A DNA stretch of 64,000 nt. Source: the human T2T-CHM13v2.0 reference genome, Homo sapiens. The stretch lies in NCBI RefSeq assembly GCF_009914755.1, contig NC_060936.1; one strand, given 5' to 3'. This document shows positions 1 through 26,857 of the stretch, piece after piece (within the stretch, counting starts at the first letter, position 1; each line of letters starts with the position of its first letter). The translations under genes and the position numbers were made by a program. The notes beneath the pieces are model-generated. The model made no database searches, had not been told where the DNA came from, and saw only the letters and a program-made list of their open reading frames with translations.

Positions 1-9
1 TTTAAAAAA

Positions 10-198
10 CTTAAAGAAGAAAACGCGAAAGAGGCAGAGGAAGAGGAAGAAGGAAAAAAGAGAGGAAGAAGGAAAAAAGAAGGAAGAAAGAAAAAAGGAA
101 GGAAGGAGAAAAAAGGAAAAAGAAAGGAAGGAAGGAAGGAGAAAGGAAATATGGAAGAAAGAAAGAAAGAAGAAGGAAGGAAGGAAGGAAGGAAGGAA

Positions 199-260
<62 letters not shown>

Positions 261-268
261 AAAGAGAA
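10..268. repeat. Polypurine (GGAA)n/(GAAA)n microsatellite
   Basis: (GGAA)7 at 175-202 followed by about 14 GAAA units. Confidence 0.95.
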
Positions 269-499
269 ACAAAGGGCTAAGTTACATTCCCGAGAAAATC
301 TGACTGGAGCCTGGGCAACATAGCAAAACACTGTCTCTGCAAAAAATTTTTAAAAATTAGCTGGGCATGGTGGCATGTGCCTGTAGGTTACTCAGGAGGC
401 TGAGGCAGGAGGATTGCTTGAGCCCAGGAGGTCAAGGCTGAAGTGAGCTGTGATTGTGCCACTGCACTCCAGCCTGGGCAACAGAATGAGACCCTGTCT

Positions 500-1945
500 A
501 AATATATATATAATATATATTACATATATATATAATTTATATATATATTATATATATTATATATACATTATATATATAATATATATAATATATATATACA
601 CACACATCCACTGTAAATATATAGTATATACATACTATATGCACACATATAGTATATACATGCTATATACACACATATAGTACATATAAGCTATATACAC
701 CCATATAGTACATACAAGTGGTATACACACACATATAGGATATACATGCTATATATACTCATATAGTACGTGCTACATATACACATATATAGTATATACT
801 ATATAGTATGTATATGCTACATAGTATATAGTATATACACACATATGTATATAGTATATACATGTAGTATATATACACATATGTATGTATGTATATATGT
901 ATATATAGTATATATTGTATGTATACTACGTATATATAGTATATATTGTATGTATACTACGTATATATAGTATATATTGTATGTATACTACGTATATATA
1001 GTATATATTGTATGTATACTACGTATATATAGTATATATCGTATATATCATATATATACTATGTATATATAGTATATATCGTATATATCATATATATACT
1101 ATGTATATATAGTATATATCGTATATATGCTACGTATATATCTTATATATGCTACGTATATATAGTATATATTGTGTATATACTACTGTATATATGGTAT
1201 ATGTTGTGTATATACTACTGTATATAGTATATATACAATATATACTATATATGTATATACACAATATATACATATATGTGTATACACAGCATATATTTTA
1301 TATGTATATACACAGTATATACTGTATATATATATACACACACAGTATGTACTGTATATGTATATATACAGTATATACTATATAGGTATATATACTGTAT
1401 ATACTATATACTGTATATTCTATAATACAGTATGTACATGCTATTTATCGTATGTATATACTATAATACAGTGTATACATGCTATTTATCGTATGTATAT
1501 ACTATAATACAGTGTATACATGCTATTTATTGTATGTATATACTATAATACAGTATATACATGCTATTTATCATATGTATATACTATATTTGTGTATAGT
1601 ATGTATATACTATATGTGTGTATAGTATGTATATACTATATGTGTGTATAGTATGTATATACTATATGTGTGTATAGTATGTATATACTATATATGTATA
1701 GTGTGCATGTGTGTGTGCATGTGTGTGTGTATATATGTATGTTTTTTTTAGCCAGGGTCTCTGTTGCCTAGGCTGGAGTGCAGTGGCACAATCACAGCTC
1801 ACTTCAGCCTTGACCTCCTGGACTCAAGCAATCCTCCTGCCTCAGCCTCCTGAGTAGCTTACAGGCACATGCCACCATGCCCAGCATATACATATAGTAT
1901 GTATATTCTGTATGTATAATATGTATATACTATATATGTATGTAT
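500..1945. repeat. Complex TA-rich low-complexity tract with internal 31-bp and 41-bp tandem units
   Basis: atatatagtatatattgtatgtatactacgt x4 (~900-1025); tataatacagtgtatacatgctatttatcgtatgtatatac x~4 (~1420-1585). Confidence 0.95.
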
Positions 1946-1989
1946 AACGGGTCAAGTGCTCCGTTTAACTGTGATTCTAGGACTTTCTA

Positions 1990-2463
1990 TGCTGGCCCAC
2001 CTCTGGCATCTTGCACCACTTTCCCATGATTCTTCCCTTAGGGTGGCCTGCCCGCATGTGTAGTGCTTTCTTCATGCTGGGGAAGTGAGCATGCGCAGTA
2101 TGTTTAGCAAGCTGTACGCATGCCCATCTGAGACTTTCTTCCCTTTCCTAGCAGAGAGCCCCACAGGAGGTCATACTCCGCCATTTTGTCTCTTAATGCA
2201 AATGCTCAGACTCCCTTGCCCAATACCTGAGATTTTATTAGAATCCCTTTCTGCTTCTCCTGGCACTTGCCTTCAATTAACACTCTAATATAACCGCTGC
2301 AGACCATCAGGAGATTGTCTCTCGCTGGCGCCAGCTGCTGAATTATCATTTTGAGAGAGGCAGTGTGATCATTGTTGAACCAGCACCTGATGGTCTCCTG
2401 ACATTCCTGGTGGGTCAGGGGAGAGCCCTCTCCTGCCCCACTCATGCCTGTCTACCTGTAACA
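1990..2463 (-). mobile_element. ERV1 LTR fragment, MER50-like
   Basis: Reverse strand begins TGTTACAGGTAGACAGGCATGAG and contains CCAGGAATGTCAGG and CAAAATGGCGGAG, as in the recalled MER50 consensus. Confidence 0.7.
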
Positions 2464-3370
<907 letters not shown>

Positions 3371-4120
3371 TCATTTAGTAAAATTAGGTATTTAGCTCCT
3401 GAAGAATAGGGAATATAGGCTGGAGGATAGATAATATATTATGTACCCCTTGTCAAGAAATGTTACAAGTGAATGAATGAACAGGGCAAGGAAGGTGATT
3501 TATTGATCTTGGTAGCCTTCCCTACCCCACACAGCTATGTTTCTGGTGGACATGAACTGAATAAATCAAATATTCAGTTAGTCCCCAGGGAATGAGAAGG
3601 GCATATATAGAGTTAGAACAGAGCTGAATGCATTCTGAAATCACAATAGGAAACAGATGTGAGAGTTTACAGGCTGCAGACTCATGGGCAATATACACAT
3701 CTTCTATTCAGTCTAACATACCCCAGCTTTTCTCTGTACAGTCTAGGGTTTTCCTCTGCACCATTGGTTTTATTTCTCCTACTTGACTCACCCATCAGAA
3801 ATGGTTGTTGGCCAGTGGTTCATGCCTGTAATGCCAGTACTTTGGGAGGCCAGCTGATCAGTTGAGGTCAGGAGTTCGAGACCAGCCTGAGCAACATGAT
3901 GAAACCCCGTCTCTACTAAAAATACAAAAATTAGCCGGGCATGGTGGTGGGTGCCTGTAATCCCAGCGACTTGGGAGTCTGAGACAGGAGAATAGCTTGA
4001 ACCCAGGACTTGGAGGTTGTGGTGAGCTGGGATCACACCACTGCACTCCAACCTGGACAGAGCAAGACTCTGTCTCAAAGAAAAAAAGAAAAGAAAAGAA
4101 ATGAAATGTTTTTTTTTTTT

Positions 4121-4460
4121 ACTTTTAAGTTCAGGGGTGCACGTGCCAGTTTGTTATATAGGTAAACTTGTGTCATGGGGGGTTGTTGTACAGATTAGTA
4201 CATTACCAAGGTACTAAGCCTAGTAGCCATTAGTTATTTTTCCTGATCCTCTCCCTCCTCCTACCCTCTACCCTCCAAAAGGCCACAGTGTGTGTTGTTT
4301 CCCTCTATGTGTCCATGTGTTCTCACCATTTAGCTCCTACTTCTAAGAGAGAACACGTGGTTATTTGGTGTCTGTTCCTGCGTTCCTTTGCTAAGGACAG
4401 TGGCCTCCAGTTCCACCCACGTTGCTGCAAAGGACATGATCTCGTTCTTTTTTTATAGCC
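4121..4460 (-). mobile_element. L1 3' UTR fragment (older L1PA/L1PB-like)
   Basis: ttttaagttcaggggtgcacgtg...tttagctcctacttctaagagagaaca...gctgcaaaggacatgatctcgttctttttt. Confidence 0.8.
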
Positions 4461-4634
4461 GTGATTCATAAGCACACTGAAGTTTGAGCCCACACTCTAA
4501 AGATTAGAGCACATTGGCAACATGGCCTGCAGATGTATGGGATTCTTAGATTCATATTCGTAGTGTTTGTGTTCCTCGGTGTACAAGCCTGGCTGAACAC
4601 CTCGACTATACAGAATAAGGTTTCCAGCAAATAG

Positions 4635-4910
<276 letters not shown>

Positions 4911-5111
4911 TGAATTCCTGGGCTCAAGTGATCCACCCTCCTCAGCCTCCCAAAGTGCTGGGATTACAGGCATGAGCCACCATGCGTGACCCCTGGCCTG
5001 TTGTTTTAAAAGCACTGAAACCTTAAGAACATAAGCCCTTCATTATAAGGAATGATGTTGCCTTATAAAAGATGATGACAAATTTGCTTCATAAAATGAA
5101 GAAAAGATTTA

Positions 5112-5452
<341 letters not shown>

Positions 5453-5629
5453 CTATTAAAAACAAAAAACAGGGCCAGGCACAGAGGCTCACACCTATAA
5501 TCCCAGCACTTTGGGAGGCTGAGGCGGGTGGATCATGAGGTCAGGAGCTTGAGACCGTCCTGGCTAACACGGTAAATCCCCATCTCTACTAAAAATACAA
5601 AAAAACGAGCCTGTAGTCCCAGCTACTCA

Positions 5630-5993
<364 letters not shown>

Positions 5994-6041
5994 CTACTGC
6001 ACTCCAGCCTGGGTGACAGAGCAAGACTCCATCTCAAAAAA

Positions 6042-6080
<39 letters not shown>

Positions 6081-6244
6081 AATTAAAATAAAAAACAAAA
6101 GCACTGGTGAGTGAAGCCATTTTGGGCATTCTACTGCAACCCAGCTGCCAGCTTAATGTAGCAAGTGAGTGGACCCCAACCAACACCACCTGGAGCAGAA
6201 GAACCAACAAGCTGAGCCCTGCCCATATTCGTGACCCTCAGAAT

Positions 6245-6988
<744 letters not shown>

Positions 6989-7123
6989 GAATCATGAGAA
7001 ATTATAAATCATTGTTGTATTATGCCATTAAGTTTTGGGGTAGTCGATTATGCAGTAGATAACTGGAGCAAATAATTAAAGAGAATCTTGTTCATTTATG
7101 TAGAAATGTGTATTTAGTACCCA

Positions 7124-7737
7124 CTGTAAACCAAAAATAAAATTCTAAGCCCCCCAACCATCTGAATGGACCCCTCTTCTCAGCCAAGGGCATTCCAAAG
7201 TAACCTGAAAAACCAGTTCAGGCCATGATGGGAAGTGGGGTTGGACATGCCTCATGATGCCCTCCTCCCTTTGGAATTCAGGAAAAGCGGAACAGCATTA
7301 ACATCAACACAGACCTTAGGTCTGTTGAAACATTTACAATCTATTCTCTCTGAAGTCTGCTACTTGGAGGCTTCATCTGCATAATAAACTTTGGTCTCCA
7401 CAACCGCTTATTGTAACACAGACATTTCTTTCTATGGACAGTAACTCTTTCAACCAATTGCCAATCAAAAAAGTCTTAAATCTACATAGGACCTAGAAGC
7501 CTCCCCCTCCACCACTTCAAGTTGTCCCACCCTTCCAGATCGAAGCGACGTAACTCTTACATGTATTGATTGATGCCTTATGTCTCCCAAAAATGTATAA
7601 AAGCAAGCTGTGCCACAACCACCTTGGGCATAAGTCATCAGGACCTCCTGAGGCTGTCATGGGTGCATTCTTAAGCTCAGCAAAATAAACTTTCTAAACT
7701 GATTGAGATCTGTGTCTCAGAGACTTTTGGGTTCACA
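7124..7737 (+). mobile_element. MER4B/D/E-like solo LTR
   Basis: Starts tgtaaaccaaaaataaaattctaagccccccaacc; has tataaa (~7596), aataaa (~7684) and ends ggttcaca. Confidence 0.75.
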
Positions 7738-7820
7738 TCAGTATGTGCCATATACCGTTCTATGCTCTAGGAATATAGAATTGTATAGCATATAGAATAT
7801 AAAATCCGTGCCTTCACAGA

Positions 7821-8032
7821 GCTTCTATTCAAGGGTGGAAGTGTGTGTGTATTCATGTGCGTGTGTGTGAGAATGTGTGTGCATTTGCGTGTGCACACGT
7901 GCGTGTGCACGTGTGTGTGTGCTTCTATTCAAGGGTGGAAGTGTGCGTGTATTCATGTGCGTGTGTGTGAGCATGTGTGTGCATTTGTGTGTGTGCATAT
8001 GTGTGTGCACGCATGTGTGTGTGTGTGTGTGT
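7821..8032. repeat. 100-bp tandem duplication of TG-rich sequence
   Basis: gcttctattcaagggtggaagtgtg starts at both 7821 and 7921. Confidence 0.92.
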
Positions 8033-8300
8033 AAGAAACAAACAAGATAAAAGAGAAAGGCCAGGCACTGTGGCTACACCTGTAACTGCTGTGTTTTGGG
8101 AGGCCAAGGTGGGAGGATCACTTGAGGCCAGGTGTTCCAGGCCAGCCTGAGCAACATAGCTGGGATCTACAAAAAATCTTTTTAGGCTGGGCGCGGTGGC
8201 TCACGCCCGTAATCCCAGCACTTTGGGAGGCCGAGGCCGGCGGATCACGAGGTCAGGAGATCGAGACCATCCTGGCTAACACGGTGAAACCCCGTCTCTA

Positions 8301-8498
<198 letters not shown>

Positions 8499-9286
8499 TT
8501 AGCCAGGTGCGGTGGCATGTGCCTGTAGTCCCAGCTACTCAGGAGGCTGAGGCAGGAGTATTGCTTGAGCCCAGGAGTCCAGGAGGCTGTACTGAGATCT
8601 GATCACATCACTGCACTCCAGCCTGGACAACAGAGCAAGGACCCATCTCCCAAAAAAACAAAACAAAACAAAACAAAACAAACAAACAAAAAAACAAAAC
8701 ATATAATAAGTTCTGGGTGTGAAGTGCTCCAGAGAAAAATGACGCAGGAAAAGGGGACAGAGGGTGTCGGGGCAGGTGCAGTTTCAGGCAGGTCGACTGG
8801 GAAAAGCATCACTGAGATGATGCCATGGAGATGCCACTGTGGGCCTCCCAGATCCTTCTGGGGCCTCAGGGACTCCCTGCTCACTGCTCCGCGTGTTGCC
8901 GGAGCCACGGCGTTCACCTGAGTCCCTGGCTAAGCACTGCTTCCTGGGGGTGGCTGCATGCCGCGATGCCCACTGCTGTGAAGTGGGAGAACTCCAGCGG
9001 CAGCGCGGATGTCAGAGCTCAGGGCAGGAGCACCTCAGTGAGGCCTTGGTGGTCAAACCCACTTCCCAATCCCACTTTCTTCTCTCCTCCCTGAGTGTCA
9101 ACCCTCCCAATAACTTCCTGTTTCCCAGGAACTGGACCCAAGACAGATGGGAATGGGGGAAGGAGACTAGCCATGCTTTCCACGCAGGGAGAACGGAGAA
9201 GGGCAAGGGCGGAGCAGAGGGCTCGGGGAGCCCGCAGAGGGTTAGGTGGCTCCTCCGCGCCAACCTCCAAGCAAAACCCTGACAGC

Positions 9287-9656
<370 letters not shown>

Positions 9657-9824
9657 TCAGGCCTCATCCCCGCTACCCTGGCATCCTCTGCAGGAATTGC
9701 TCTGTCCCCACAGGGACCAGCTCTGTCCCGTGCCTTCTTCGGGGTTTTGGTTCCATGACGTTTCTGTGAGGCTTCTTCAGACCCATCCGGTTAAAAATTG
9801 CCACCCCCTTTGAACTGCTCTATG

Positions 9825-10925
<1,101 letters not shown>

Positions 10926-11714
10926 CCAGAGGAAGACCGAAGGCACGTTATTGCCCACCTGGGAGACCCTCACCATCCCCTCCCCTGTGCGCTTTTCCCG
11001 CTGCACCTGCAGCCTCCTCAGGCTCTGCTCAACACATGGACGTCTGCTGTTTCTTACCTGCCTTCCTCCTCAAAAACCTACGGGCAGGGATTTTTGTCTG
11101 CTTTGTTCACAAATTATCTTCCATACCTAGAATGGTGCCTGGCACACTTAAGGTTTTTTGTTTGTCTGTTTTTTGTTTTCTGGTTTTTTGTTTGTTTGTT
11201 TTTTGTTTGTTTGTTTTTGACAAAGTATCACTCTGTCACCCAGACTGGAGTGCGGTGGTGCACGATCTTGGCTCACTGCAACCTCTGCCTCCCAAGTTCA
11301 AGTGTTTCTCCTGCTTCAGCCTCCTGAGTAGCTAGGATTACAGGCGCCCGCCACCACACAGGCTGATTTTTGTATTTTTAGTAGAGACACGGTTCCGCCA
11401 TGTTGCCCAGGCTGGTCTTGAACTCCTGACTTCAGGTGAGCCACACACAGCCTCCCAAAGTGCTGAGATTACAGGTGTGAGCCACCATACCCGACACACA
11501 TGAGGTTTTTAATATTTGCTGAGTGAATGAATAAAGAAAAAGGTTACACTGCAAAATTTGCTTAGTACGTTTATCCATTCAAAAGTAAATGGGTGAGTAA
11601 ATGTGGTGGGTGAGTTATGGCAAATTACAAGTTTGTGAACTTCACAGCCTTCATTTGCAGAGTGAATACTTTGGTTCCGATCACATTCGTGGCTTAATTT
11701 AATAAGCGCTCACC

Positions 11715-13423
<1,709 letters not shown>

Positions 13424-13942
13424 TCTATACAGCATTCTAACCCATTCAATCTCCTGTCACCCCTAGGAGGAGGCTTCTGTTCAGCAGCAATTTGGATACA
13501 AACCCAGCAAGGTTCCTATTTTAAAATCCTGGCTGAGAGTAGCGGCTCGTGCCTGCAATCCCAGCACTTTGGAGTCTGAATTGGAAGGATCTCTTGAGGA
13601 CAGGAGTTCAAGACCAGCCTGGGCAACATGGAGAAACCCCTGTGTCTACAAAAATGTTTTTAGTTAAAAATAAATAAATAAAATTCTGTGATTTCAAAGT
13701 ATTGCATTTTTCTGGACTTATGAAATAATAGGGAAAATTTAAAATTCATCCCCATTCCCCCATTTACAGTCCTAAAGAATTGACAATATCAGTCAACCAT
13801 AGCAGTGTTTCTTCTGCTTGTAAGTTCAAGGCTGGCTTAGAATTCATTGTGTCTTCTCCTCATCCTGGATACAGAATGTAAATTTAAGTGGGTATGAAGC
13901 TTTAATGATATCTGAAAATCCAATCGCCTTGCTTATCATTAT

Positions 13943-14541
13943 TGTAGAATATAATAAATTCCTCTTTAAAGGTTTTAGCCTGTACATTGTTTAGTACAAT
14001 GAGTTCTGAGATCCTCTCCAAAGAACCAATGTATCCGTATGTTCAGCTCCCTCGTTCTTTGTTCTTCATTTTAAAGTTTAACTTCCTCGTTCTCTTCATC
14101 TGCTTGCCCCTAGTTTCAATAAACAACCCCCTCCTAGCCTCTATCACCTGCTCTGACCTTAGTCACCCTTGTCCCCTGCTCTGACCTTAGTCATCCTTGG
14201 TGACCTGCTCTGTTCTTAGTCATCCTGAGTCACCTGTTCTGTAACCATCCTTCTCACCAAACTACTCCCCTGCCACTCCGACTCGTACCCCTGCTGTCTT
14301 TAAAATAGCCAATCAGAATTAGCTTAGACTGTGCAGTCCAACCCTAGCCAACAGGAGAACCACACAGCAGTAGGGGCTACCTGTGTCAGGGATAAGAACT
14401 CCTTCCCCTCCCTTGTCCAGGTGTGCTTTCACCATTGCTCCATCCGTGAGACACACCCTTCTATAGTAGTAAATTGCCTTGCTGAGAAAATTTATGCTCG
14501 AGTGCTATTTCTTTTGCAGCACCAAAAATTTATTTCTAACA
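13943..14541 (+). mobile_element. Complete solo LTR, LTR10 (HERV-I) family-like
   Basis: TG...CA termini with a 5-bp TSD ATTAT (13938-13942, 14542-14546). Internal ~28-bp repeats, CCAAT (~14309), GATAAGAA TATA-like box (14391) and AGTAAA poly(A) signal (~14468). Confidence 0.85.
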
Positions 14542-14641
14542 ATTATGCAAAGTTTAAGTTTAGAAATAAGCTATCCTAGGCTGGGCGCAGTGGCTCACAC
14601 CTGTAATCCCAGCACTTTGGGAGGCCAAGGCGGGTGGATCA

Positions 14642-14920
<279 letters not shown>

Positions 14921-14939
14921 TCAAAATACGATGTCACTT

Positions 14940-15415
14940 GCTGTATCAGGTTCATATGCCTGCTGTCAGAAATTGCTGTAAAGTTAGTGGCCTAAAGCAA
15001 CACAGATTTGCCATCTTGCAGTTGTGGGGATCAGACATCAGGTGCAGGCATCCGTGGAGTGACGGGGGCTGCTTTCTGCCAGCTCCCAAGAAGAATCCAT
15101 TTCCTCGCCTTTCCTGGCCTCCAGAGGTACCCACATGTCCTAGCTCCTGACCCATCCTCCATCTTCAGTGCCAGCAACGTGGCACCGCTCTGACCCTTCT
15201 CCATGCATCTTTTTCTCTGACCACCATCAGAAATAGGCTCCACTTTTGAGGAGTCAACTGATTAGACAGAGTAGAGTTGCACAATCCAGGATCATCTCCC
15301 CATCTGAAAATCTGTACCTTTCATGCAAATACAAATTCTCTCTCGCCATGGAAGGGGACATTGACACTTTCCAGCGACCAGGGCAGGGACCTCCTTGTGG
15401 CCATTATTGGCTACC
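14940..15415 (-). mobile_element. MLT1-type LTR
   Basis: gttagtggcctaaagcaacacagattt...tccaggatcatctccccatct. Confidence 0.6.
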
Positions 15416-15872
15416 ACAGTTTTCAGAGAATTATTTCATGTATCAGTTTATGTGAATGAGAAGGAAACAGCATGAACTTCTTCACACATCTTGACTTTTG
15501 TTTAACTTGTTTATTTATTTACTTACTTATTTATAGAGGCTGGTCTCGAACTCCTGGGCTCAAGTGATCCTCCCACCTTGGCCTCCCAAAGTACTGGGAT
15601 TACACGCGTGAGCCACCACACCCAGGGACTTTCCACATTAACCAATCAAATATTTTCTATTTATTTTAAATAGAATTTAAAAATTGAAACCACGGTGTGA
15701 CACCATTTTCCCAACTTCTAGTGAAAACAGAAATAGAAAACACACACTTTCAGTTGGGCATGGTGACTCATGCCTGTAATTCCAGCTACTCAGGAGTCTG
15801 AGGTGGGAGGGTCCCCTGGTCCCAGTAGTTTCAGGGACACCTGGGCAACATAGTGAGACCCGATCTCTATTA

Positions 15873-16222
<350 letters not shown>

Positions 16223-16614
16223 TTAGGAATCTAAAGATCCATAAAATAAAAGCCCCAGTGTGCAAGCACATATGTTTAAGGCTATTAACTGCTGCATTGT
16301 TTTCGTGGGAAAGCGAGCTAGAAAAGCCTGAAGGTCTATTGGTAGTGGAAGGTCTGAATAACTTGGGCTTCAGCAATGCAGTGACTCTTGTGTACAGCAG
16401 AGAGTCATATCAGATGAGCCAGCAGTGCTGCGGCTGCCCCACCTCCACCCAGGTGAGGTCATGTACCAGGCTCCTGAAACACACTGTGGGGACCCACAGG
16501 GGAAAGCGGCCACCCGGCTAGCCTTCAACTCGTGCCCTGGTTCTGAACTATTCTACCAAAGTATATTCTGAATTTATATATAAGCAAATATAATATATTT
16601 ACATGTGTATGTAA

Positions 16615-17752
<1,138 letters not shown>

Positions 17753-18205
17753 GTACCCTATAATTATCTTATGAATAGCACAGTTATGTGGCACTGGGTG
17801 TTGGTATGTCTTAGAAGAGTCAATAAAAGCAAGAATTCAAAATGGTCCACAATTTTTGAAACCCTAAAAATAATACTGAAAATTTAACTATATAGTGGAA
17901 GATGTAATAGGTACATTTTGAAACTCTATGTCTGTGAAGTGCCCCAGGCATCTCTCAACCTTTGAGAAGTTCTGTTATATTCTTATGCTTTCCTACATTT
18001 TTTTCTGTCCTCCTTAATTAGACTAGATTCTCCTAAAGTGACAGGTAACACTGAATGAAAGATGTTACTGGCTGGGTGCCATGGCTCACGCCTGTAATCC
18101 CAGCACTTTGGGAGGCTGAGGAGGTCGAATTACCTGAGGTTAGGAGTTCGAGATCAGCCTGGCCAACATGGTGAAACCCCATCTCTACTAAAAATACAAA
18201 AATTA

Positions 18206-18418
<213 letters not shown>

Positions 18419-18738
18419 TTATAACAGAATACCATACATTGAGTGGCTTATAAACAATAGAAACTCCTTTCTCATAGTTCTGGAGGCTGGGAAGTCCAAG
18501 ATCAAGGCACCAGCACATAGGGTGTCTGCTGAGGACCCACTGTCTTGTTCAAAGATGGTGCCTTCTGGTTCATAGACTTTTCACTGCTATAGTCTCCATT
18601 GGATTTGATAAATTGAAAAAAGTGAATTATAGATTATATAATTCATAAATGTATTGTTAAATATACTTTAAAAGATTACCAAAAACAGCGATATGTGGAA
18701 ATAGTCAAAGAACCCAGAAAAATACACCCAATAAGTGA

Positions 18739-19080
<342 letters not shown>

Positions 19081-19364
19081 TGATCTGCCCACCGCAGCCT
19101 CCCAAAGTGCTGGGATTACAGGCGTGAGCCACTGTGCCCAGCCAAAATTAAGAATTTTTAACATTCATTCATTGGCAGCGTTTTGCCATATTGCCCAGGC
19201 TGGTCTTGAACTCAGGTGGTGGAATGGGTGAGGGAGCTCCCTGGTGTCCCTTTGTTAAAGGCACTAATCCTATTCGTGAGGGCCCAACCCTCTTGACCTA
19301 ATCACCTTTCAAAGGCCCCACCTCCTAATACCATCACCTTCAGGGTTAGGATCAGAACAGATGA

Positions 19365-19958
<594 letters not shown>

Positions 19959-19961
19959 TGA

Positions 19962-20313
<352 letters not shown>

Positions 20314-21862
20314 TGAGACCGGCCTGTATTTTCTTTAACTACTTTATTTTTCACCTTAGTAATTATCACTATTTCATAGATGTTACTTAATTCTCAGGTT
20401 CGTTTTCTGTCTGTTTTACTGAATGTCCCAGTCCCTGGAGAGTGCCTGGTACACAGCAGATGCTCAATAAATATTAGGTGGGTGAACTAATACATCTGTG
20501 CATTTTTCATCCCTCTTAGACTCAGTAGAGTTTCGCAACTCAAACAGTTCAGGGCTCAGGCAGGTAAGCAAACATGCAGAACAGGCTGAGCACCAGATGA
20601 CAAGGGGCAAATGGCTTGAGGCCTGCGTCTGAGATTTAACAGGGAATGGCGGGCTAGGGGCAATGGCAGCTGGCAGCATTTGCCCCGTCTGTAGGGGGCA
20701 GTGGCTATATACCTCCAGAAGGTTGTAGCCACACAAGAAAGGAGGCTCAATGCCTTCCAATCTTATTATGATTTTCAAAGGAATCCAGATACCTGGATTT
20801 TATGTGAAATATCCTTTTCTTTCATATTAGTTATCTATTACTGTGTAACAAAGTACTCAGTACATTAACAAAGTACATTAACAAAGTTAATGGCTTGAAA
20901 CAACAATCAACCCTTTTTATCTCACACAGTTTCTATGTGACTTAACTGGATCCAGGTCTCATGAAATTTGCAGGTAAAATGTCAGCTAAGGCTACAGTCA
21001 CCTGAAGGCTGGACCAGCGCTGGAAGATTTTATTTCAGGATGGCGCGCTCATGTGGCTGGCAGGTTTTCCAGTGTTTTGCTTTGTTTTTTTGAGACCAGG
21101 TCTCTCTCTGTTGCTCAGGCTGGAGGGCAGTGGCAGGATCATAGCTCACTGCAGCCTTGATGTCCTGGGCCCAAGCAATACTCTGGCCTCAGCCTCCTGA
21201 GTAGCTGGGACTACAGGCGCAGACCATCACGCTTAGCTAAATTTTTTTATTTTTATTTTTTGTAGAGACAGGGTCTCACTATGTTGCCCTGGCTGGACTC
21301 AAACTCCTGGGTTCAAGTAATTCTCCTGCTTTGGCCTCCCAAAGTGCTGGGGTTACAGGGATGAGCCACCGCACCTGGCTGGCTGGCGGGTTTATATGGG
21401 CTCTTTGCAGTGGACTTCAGATTTTTGTCACAAGAACCTGTCCATAGGGCTGTGTTTGTCCTCACAATACGGTGACCAGGTCCACACAGAGTGAGTGATT
21501 CTAGCCACAGAGCCCCTGTGACCTACTTTCCAAAGTAACACACTGTCAATTATGACATATTCCACTTGTTATAAATAAGTTGCTAAGTCCAGCCCACACT
21601 CAAGGAGACATTAATTAGAATCAACCTTTTCAATGGAGGGGGATCAAAGAATTTCCAGACATAAAACCATCCAATCTTAAAACGCTGTCAATGAGTTCAG
21701 ATGGAAAGCATGTTGTTACTCACCCCAGCACAGGTCAGATGACGCCCTTGAAGGTTCTGTTTCGTATGGGCCACCAAAGAGTACACTCAGCACTATTTTC
21801 ATCTTTATTTATTTTTTATTTTTTAAATATTTATTTAAATTTTTTTTTTATTTTTTAAATTA

Positions 21863-26115
<4,253 letters not shown>

Positions 26116-26413
26116 CTAGAGACTAAGGAGGCCTGAGAAACAAGTTAAAAGCGTAACATGCAATCCTCGACTGGATTCTTGTAGGGGAAAAAACGCCAAA
26201 AGGTATAAACACTGATGTTCTCATCACCCAGAATTATACAAATGGTTAATATATTGTCACCTTGCTTTGATTACCATTTTTAAAATTAATTTTCTTTCTT
26301 GTTTTTTTTTTAGAGACATGGGTTTCACCATGTTGCCCAGGCTGGTCCTAAACTCCTGAGCTCAAGTGATCCATCTGCCTTGGCCTCCCAAAGTGCTCGG
26401 ATTACAGGCGTGA

Positions 26414-26620
<207 letters not shown>

Positions 26621-26857
26621 TAGCCAGGATGGTCTCGATCTCCTGACCTCGTGATCTGCCCGCCTTGGCCTCCCAAAGTGCTGGGATTACAGGCGTGAGC
26701 CACCGTGCCCGGCCCTGATTACCATTTTTTAAAAAAGAAATGGAACATTGCAGGTAAGGTTAAACTCTTCTATGACCTCTCTCCGCAGTTCCTGGGTGAC
26801 AAGAGCGAGAATCTGTCTCAAAAAAAAAAAAAAAAAAAAAAGAAGAAGAAAAAAAAT

